Of a stretch of DNA of 38,846 nucleotides, positions 34,601-38,846 are shown piece by piece. Source of the stretch: Saprospiraceae bacterium (GTDB taxonomy: Bacteria; Bacteroidota; Bacteroidia; Chitinophagales; Saprospiraceae). Under the pieces are notes generated by a model. It did not search any database, had not been told where the DNA came from, and saw only the letters and a list, made by a program, of their open reading frames with translations. The translations under genes and the position numbers were made by a program. The stretch is taken from the NCBI GenBank assembly GCA_020630455.1, contig JAHDBK010000001.1:1-38846 (forward strand), read 5' to 3'. Numbering within the stretch: the stretch's first letter is position 1; every line of letters begins with the position of its first letter.

Positions 34601-37600
34601 GTCAAAGTACCAGCAGGGAAATAATATTCTTGTCCATCAGTTCCTCCACCATTATTAGCTACTCCCATTCCATAAGTACTCAAATCGCTAACATCGTTTA
34701 TAGCATATAGTTCAACTGCTTTAGGTTGACCACCAGGTAAAGGACCATCAATTGCACCTGTGATAATTAAATCAGAAGTTAATGCATTACAATTGGCACA
34801 AACATAATATTCGTAATCAATTCCAGGCATCAAGTCGTTTAGGTTAACTGAATCAGTAGGTACACCTTCAAGCATTGTTCCTGTTCCTGGAGTAAAACCA
34901 GACATACCATATTCGACATCCCAATTCGTTTCAGTACCCCCTGCATCCCATGTTAAATGAGCAGAGTTTCCTGTTATATTAGTTGCATCTAAATTAGTAG
35001 GAGCATCACAAGTAACACCAGAAGAACAAGAAGTTACTTCAACCAAATCAATGGCTAAATCTCCTTGATAATTTGCAACATCTAAATTATATAAAAATTC
35101 AACATATATTGTTTGACCTATATAAGAAGACAAATCAATTCCTACTTGATTCCAAGGGTCAGTTTCTATAGCTTGATATGGTCCTGACCAAGTCCATAAA
35201 GTTGTAAATGGACCTGTTGGCGAAGTACTTACACCTACATTCAGAGTACCAATAAAAGCACCATAAGCATGCATAAAGAAAGTCAACTCAGCAGCATCAA
35301 CAGCTGTTGATAAGTCAATTGCTGGACTAATCATAGAAGCAGGAGCCGTTGTAGCCGAAGTTGCTTCAAACTCTGCATAAGTTGTTCCACTAGCTGGTCC
35401 ATCAGGACCTGTATCGAATGAATTACCTCCAGGTGAAGCTGTAGGAAAATCCCATTGCCCTGCTCCTGTTCCTAAATCCCCAGTCCAACCTGTTGCTGTT
35501 TCCATATCATCACTAAATAATAAAGTTGCTGTACCTCCACTAATACAATTTACGCCCATAGGTGAAGGTGGTGGACATTGATTAGTCAATCCTATTTGTG
35601 AAATATTACATGTCGCATTTGCATCATGAACAACTGTTAAATCAACAACTGAACCATCTGCAAATGGTCCAACAGTTGTAACTCCTGTTCCTATTCCACT
35701 TGCTAATGTTGTTACTCCATCTGTAATATCTACAGTCGCTGCATCTCCTAATGAAGTAATGTCTACATCAACTGAGAATTGTGAATTAACACAATCTGGA
35801 ACTACTGTAAATGTTGCAGTAGGTTGTGTACAAGAAACACAGGTAGTTACTTCTACTAAATCCAAAGCTAAATCACCTGTCCAATCTGTTCCATCTGCAC
35901 CATACAAAAATTCTATATATACTGTTTGTCCTAAATATGCCGTTAAATCAAGTCCTACTTGATTCCAAGGGTCTGTATCTGCTGTTTGATATTGACCCGT
36001 CCATGTCCACAATGTTGTAAATGGACCTGTAGCGGAAGTACTTACACCTACATTTAATGTTCCAATTGCAGCTCCATAGGCATGCATCCAAAATGTTAAT
36101 TCTGCTTGATCGGCACCACCAGTTAAATCTATTGCAGGACTAATCAATGAAGCAGTATTCGTATTGATTGCAGATGCCTCAAATTCTGCGTGTGAAGTAC
36201 CACTATGTTGAGCAGATGGTCCTGTACTTCCTGAATTACCTCCAGGAGAAGCAGTAGGTAAATCCCATTGACCATCTAAAGTTCCAATATCTCCTGTCCA
36301 TCCTCCTACTGCATCTAATTCATCTGAAAATACTACTAAAGGTGACCCTGTTGCACAAGTAACACCTACTGGTGATGGTGGTGGACATTGATTTGTTAAG
36401 CCTGTCTCGATAACATTACAAGTCGCATTTGCATCATGAACTACTGTTAAATCAACAACTGAACCATCTGCAAATGGTCCAACAGTTGTTACTCCTGTTC
36501 CTACTCCACTTGCTAATGTTGTTACTCCATCCGAAATATCAACTGTTGCTGCATCTCCTAATGATGATATATCTACATCAACTGAAAATTGTAAATTAGC
36601 ACAATCTGGTACTACTGTAAATGTTGCAGTAGGTTGTGTACAAGAAACACAAGTAGTTACCTCTACTAAATCCAAAGCTAAATCACCTGTCCATGCTGTT
36701 CCATCTGCACCATACATAAATTCAACATATATAGTTTGTCCTAAGTATGCCGTTAAATCAAGTCCTACTTGAGCCCAAGGATCTGTATCAGCAGTTTGAT
36801 ATTGACCCGTCCATGTCCACAATGTTGTAAAAGGACCTGTAGCGGAAGTACTTACACCCACATTTAATGTTCCAATTGCAGCACCATAAGCATGCATCCA
36901 AAATGTTAATTCTGCTTGATCAGCACCACCTGTTAAATCTATTGCTGGACTGATTAGTGAGGCAGTATTGGTATTGATTCCAGATGCTTCAAATTCTGCG
37001 TGTGAAGTACCGCTATGTTGAGCAGATGGTCCAGTATCCCCTGAATTTCCTCCAGGAGTAGCCGTTGGTAAATCCCATTGGTCATTTAAAGTTCCAATAT
37101 CTCCTGTCCATCCTCCTACTGCATCTAATTCATCTGAAAATACTACTAAAGGCGAGCCTGTTACACAAGTCACTCCTACTGGTGATGGTGGTGGACAAGT
37201 ATTAATAAGTCCTGTAGAATCTGCATTACATAAATTTGAATTTGGATGCACTACAGTTAAATTAACAGGGACATTATTTGTAAATGGTCCAACATTAGTT
37301 ACACCTGCACCAACTCCTGTTGCTAAATTTGAAGTTCCATCACTGATATCAACCATTGTAGCACCTCCTAAATCTGTTATATTAACATCTATACTAAAAT
37401 TATTATTAACACAATCAGGAACTACTGTAAAATCAGCCATTATTGGCGTACAAGTAGGTGCTTCTTGAAAACAAATATAATCTAAAAATAAATCCGGTCC
37501 AAAATCAGAAACACCAGTAAACTGGAACATTACTGTTTGACCAACATAAGCTGTTAAATCAATTGTTTGAGTAACAAATGCTCCAGGGCTTGTACTTCCA

Positions 37601-38736
37601 GCTCCATCATTTGAATTTAATCCTGGATCTCCTGTCATATATATAAGAGAAGTCCATGTCATTCCACCATCTGTACTAATAGACACATCTAAAGCATCAT
37701 CTGGATATGTGGCATTATATAAATGTGACCAATCAAATACTACTTGAGGGGCTGTCATTCCCGCATCAAATGTAATTGCATGCGTTGTGAACACCATTGT
37801 ATTTGGTGCATTAAAATCCCAAAAAGAAGCAATAGCATGTCCATTTACAGCATCAATTTCCCAAGGAGCTGCTCCATTTTGTGACCAACAAGCTACTGGG
37901 TCGACGTTAAAGTCTTCACAATAAGGCATCATACTTGTAACAACAGTAGGAGCACATAATGTAGCAAAGTTAACAGGACCAACCCATGAGCTAGTACCTG
38001 AACCACCACAATCAGCCTGAACATATACGTCATAAGAAGTCTGAGCCATTAAACCTGTCAATGAATAAGGGTTTGTTACTCCACTTACCGTTGTTCCTGT
38101 TCCTTGAGTATAACCTACAGAACCATATTCTAGATTCCACATTGTTTCTGTACCTCCAGCTGTCCAAGATATATCAGCTCCATCACTTGTTACATTTGAA
38201 GCTGCTAAATTTGAAATTGGAAGACAAGAAGGTGCTGCAGTATGATAAACAGTAACAGTCCATGTACCATCAGGTATAAAATTATATAATTCATCACATA
38301 AAGTCCCTCCCCAAGTTCTAAATGCTCTCATTTCAAAGGTTAAAACACCATCTGCATCTACACCGTTTGCTAAAGTTAAACCAGTTCTAGTATAATTTTG
38401 AAGTCCTCCAGTATTAACCCCTTGAGAAACATATCCTCCTTCATCTTGCCCTGTATCTTGGCAATAAATTTGAGATTGCTGGTCAGATATCCAACCGCCA
38501 CCTACAGCTTCAAAATCATAAGTAACATCAACACCCGTAACCAAATCACCTGCTGGTATATTAACCACAAGAGTAGTAACTAAACCAGTACATGTCGGAT
38601 CATGGTCATGAAGAGGAGCACCAGAATCATCAAAAGATGTAGGTATATTTCCTGCGTTATAAGTTGCAGAAGTTTGCCCTATAATTAGTGGCAAACAAAA
38701 AACCATTAAAATAATTGATAGTAAAATTCGTTTCAT
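31621..38736 (-). CDS. Giant mosaic cell-surface protein with T9SS type-A C-terminal sorting domain
   Basis: 2371 aa with signal peptide MKRILLSIILMVFCLPLIIGQ. Two FN3-like domains are present (ISWTAGGTETMWNLEYG, LTWDAGGTETNWDVEYG). Three Ig+MAM-like modules follow (FWMHAYGAAIGTLNVGV...GDLALDLVEV). Next come an LTD-like segment (AVELYAINDVSDLS...NGDDAIELYNFG), five 106-aa repeats and three SprB repeats. The C-terminus FNVYPNPAANYLNIE...AGVYFVRIH...QRLIIQR matches Por_Secre_tail. Confidence 0.92.
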   Translation of the reverse strand: MKRILLSIILMVFCLPLIIGQTSATYNAGNIPTSFDDSGAPLHDHDPTCTGLVTTLVVNIPAGDLVTGVDVTYDFEAVGGGWISDQQSQIYCQDTGQDEGGYVSQGVNTGGLQNYTRTGLTLANGVDADGVLTFEMRAFRTWGGTLCDELYNFIPDGTWTVTVYHTAAPSCLPISNLAASNVTSDGADISWTAGGTETMWNLEYGSVGYTQGTGTTVSGVTNPYSLTGLMAQTSYDVYVQADCGGSGTSSWVGPVNFATLCAPTVVTSMMPYCEDFNVDPVACWSQNGAAPWEIDAVNGHAIASFWDFNAPNTMVFTTHAITFDAGMTAPQVVFDWSHLYNATYPDDALDVSISTDGGMTWTSLIYMTGDPGLNSNDGAGSTSPGAFVTQTIDLTAYVGQTVMFQFTGVSDFGPDLFLDYICFQEAPTCTPIMADFTVVPDCVNNNFSIDVNITDLGGATMVDISDGTSNLATGVGAGVTNVGPFTNNVPVNLTVVHPNSNLCNADSTGLINTCPPPSPVGVTCVTGSPLVVFSDELDAVGGWTGDIGTLNDQWDLPTATPGGNSGDTGPSAQHSGTSHAEFEASGINTNTASLISPAIDLTGGADQAELTFWMHAYGAAIGTLNVGVSTSATGPFTTLWTWTGQYQTADTDPWAQVGLDLTAYLGQTIYVEFMYGADGTAWTGDLALDLVEVTTCVSCTQPTATFTVVPDCANLQFSVDVDISSLGDAATVDISDGVTTLASGVGTGVTTVGPFADGSVVDLTVVHDANATCNVIETGLTNQCPPPSPVGVTCATGSPLVVFSDELDAVGGWTGDIGTLDGQWDLPTASPGGNSGSTGPSAQHSGTSHAEFEASAINTNTASLISPAIDLTGGADQAELTFWMHAYGAAIGTLNVGVSTSATGPFTTLWTWTGQYQTADTDPWNQVGLDLTAYLGQTVYIEFLYGADGTDWTGDLALDLVEVTTCVSCTQPTATFTVVPDCVNSQFSVDVDITSLGDAATVDITDGVTTLASGIGTGVTTVGPFADGSVVDLTVVHDANATCNISQIGLTNQCPPPSPMGVNCISGGTATLLFSDDMETATGWTGDLGTGAGQWDFPTASPGGNSFDTGPDGPASGTTYAEFEATSATTAPASMISPAIDLSTAVDAAELTFFMHAYGAFIGTLNVGVSTSPTGPFTTLWTWSGPYQAIETDPWNQVGIDLSSYIGQTIYVEFLYNLDVANYQGDLAIDLVEVTSCSSGVTCDAPTNLDATNITGNSAHLTWDAGGTETNWDVEYGMSGFTPGTGTMLEGVPTDSVNLNDLMPGIDYEYYVCANCNALTSDLIITGAIDGPLPGGQPKAVELYAINDVSDLSTYGMGVANNGGGTDGQEYYFPAGTLTAGQFYYVVFDTSGTSFTNFFGFAPDDSNGDFGLRFNGDDAIELYNFGAVVDIFGDVDVSGSGQTWDYLDGWAYRMNGTGPDGLAFNQANWMYSGPNAMDGEIDNATATTPFPLGTFVPAAPPAVVQSCAGPFLFTTPCDAMGGTIATTDPTTICAGDGVADLINISLTGEMGPNSQWVITDDMGVILDLPAGPPFDLEGAGSGVCVIWHLSYYDGLTGAVVGNNATTDLVGCYNLSNGITVTREGVAGGTIATTDPTTICAGDGVADPINVTLTGDEGDNSQWVITDDMGVILDLPAGPPFDLEGAGSGVCVIWHLSYYDGLTGAVVGNNATTDLVGCYNLSNGIIVTREGVAGGTIATTDPTTICASDGNPDPIDVTLSGNEGDSTQWVITDDMGVILDLPAGPPFDLDGAPAGTCLIWHLGYNTGLTGLAVGNNATTDIAGCYSLSNPITVVREEAFGGTIATTDPTTICAGDGVADPIDVTITGNAGDSTQWVITDDLGNILDLPMAPPFDLEGAGGGTCLIWSISFSYGLTGLDVGNNATTDLMGCYGLSNPITVVREPVNGGMISTTDPTTICIDGVGDPIDVTLTGNEGDNSQWVITDDMGVILDLPAGPPFDLDGAGAGTCIIWHLSYNDGLTGAVVGNNATTDLMGCYSLSNPITVVRTEVVVTLDMVNDVTCGGAMNGGVMITASGGIEPYSYMWSDINMSTNEDLLGVSGGSYMVTVTDATGCTSEAGPFVVNENAPMEVTMADLTDSSCKNADDGSIDLTPGGGDGNYTFLWSNGEMTEDIFGLEPNDYFVTITDGMGCQLIGGPYTVNEPSTLIVTVDNVTDSNFGANNGSIDISTTGGTQPYSYMWSPNGETTEDLSGLAPGNYTVTVTDAGGCQLVVGSILVDELVYTTDIESLTAFNVYPNPAANYLNIELAFTDSKDINIEMLNALGQVLMIQNHNNITESMFELNTSDLPAGVYFVRIHAPADNTQAIQRLIIQR
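32590..34176 (-). repeat. Five tandem 318-nt (106-aa) coding repeats of an unassigned Cys-containing domain
   Basis: Unit GGTIATTDPTTICAGDG.ADPI.VTLTG.EGD.SQWVITDDMGVILDLPAGPPFDLEGAG.G.C.IWHLSY..GLTG..VGNNATTDL.GCY.LSN.ITV.RE. nt 33564-33735 are identical to 33882-34053. Confidence 0.9.
35030..37452 (-). repeat. Three tandem ~810-nt (267-270-aa) coding modules (Ig-like + MAM-like)
   Basis: Module starts are at 37452, 36651 and 35841 (C..C/CTP...FTVVPDC). Long identical runs occur between modules, e.g. 36281-36342 = 37091-37152. Confidence 0.9.
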
Positions 38737-38846
38737 AATAATTGATTATTAAAGTAATTCAAATTACATTTATTTATAATAAATGAATTTATATTATATT
38801 TTATTAATAGCGTTATAAATGTTTATAAATATTGAATATTATTTAT

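Noticed and set aside
3163-38583. Eighteen short ORFs in the supplied track nested inside or antisense to larger genes: 3163-3396, 4865-5125, 5267-5455, 7355-7579, 9017-9211, 10830-11021, 11534-11938, 13198-13380, 13800-14018, 14052-14234, 15419-15625, 22138-22371, 24640-24843, 27870-28061, 30846-31178, 35759-35962, 38061-38255, 38398-38583.
   Set aside because: Each lies within a much longer ORF that has clear family signatures. Their translations are low-complexity or stop-poor shadows of the real frame (e.g. 11534-11938 mirrors the GSGD repeats). None has a signal, motif or promoter of its own.
1-38846. Search for a mobile element, prophage, defence island, CRISPR-Cas, toxin-antitoxin pair, or tRNA/rRNA genes.
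   Set aside because: No integrase, transposase, recombinase, nuclease/helicase/ATPase defence-type proteins, capsid or terminase genes, or RNA gene signatures were recognisable in any frame. The accessory character of the window comes from surface-protein genes and small non-coding repeats only.

Overview
AT-rich Bacteroidota-type chromosomal segment. This placement is an inference from signal peptides ending ..AQ, lipoboxes, TAnnTTTG -7 boxes without Shine-Dalgarno sequences, T9SS sorting domains and a PorP/SprF gene. I support about 27 protein genes. I found no rRNA, tRNA, CRISPR array, transposase, integrase or phage gene. Housekeeping genes (corA; iscS-iscU-iscA; a THUMP RNA methyltransferase; a FAD oxidoreductase; a flavodoxin-like reductase) alternate with cell-surface content. 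The surface content is a 5'-truncated repeat adhesin (3-1895), a minus-strand cassette of type-B-CTD SprB-repeat adhesin + PorP/SprF + OmpA-family protein (15049-23118), and a 2371-aa mosaic T9SS type-A-CTD protein (31621-38736, minus). There are two LytS-type histidine kinase / LytTR response regulator pairs (8225-9957 and 25213-28968). Several signals are not explained by the gene calls. (i) A 160-nt rod-like hairpin with a GC-rich core (14844-15003) whose basal 17-bp stem buries the ATG of a small ORF. (ii) A ~160-nt palindromic intergenic repeat family (23163-23348, 24781-24941, half copy 15001-15052) that brackets the adhesin cassette. (iii) Two 14-bp direct repeats phased at 21 bp in the promoter region of a LytTR operon (10016-10050). 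(iv) An 18-bp palindrome ATAAAGAA-NN-TTCTTTAT present four times. (v) Base-perfect duplications inside adhesin genes. (vi) A 106-aa Cys-containing repeat I cannot assign to a named family. (vii) A FAD oxidoreductase whose conserved N-terminus has no canonical start codon. I did not find a convincing self-contained novel multi-gene system such as a defence island, so the candidates carry modest scores.
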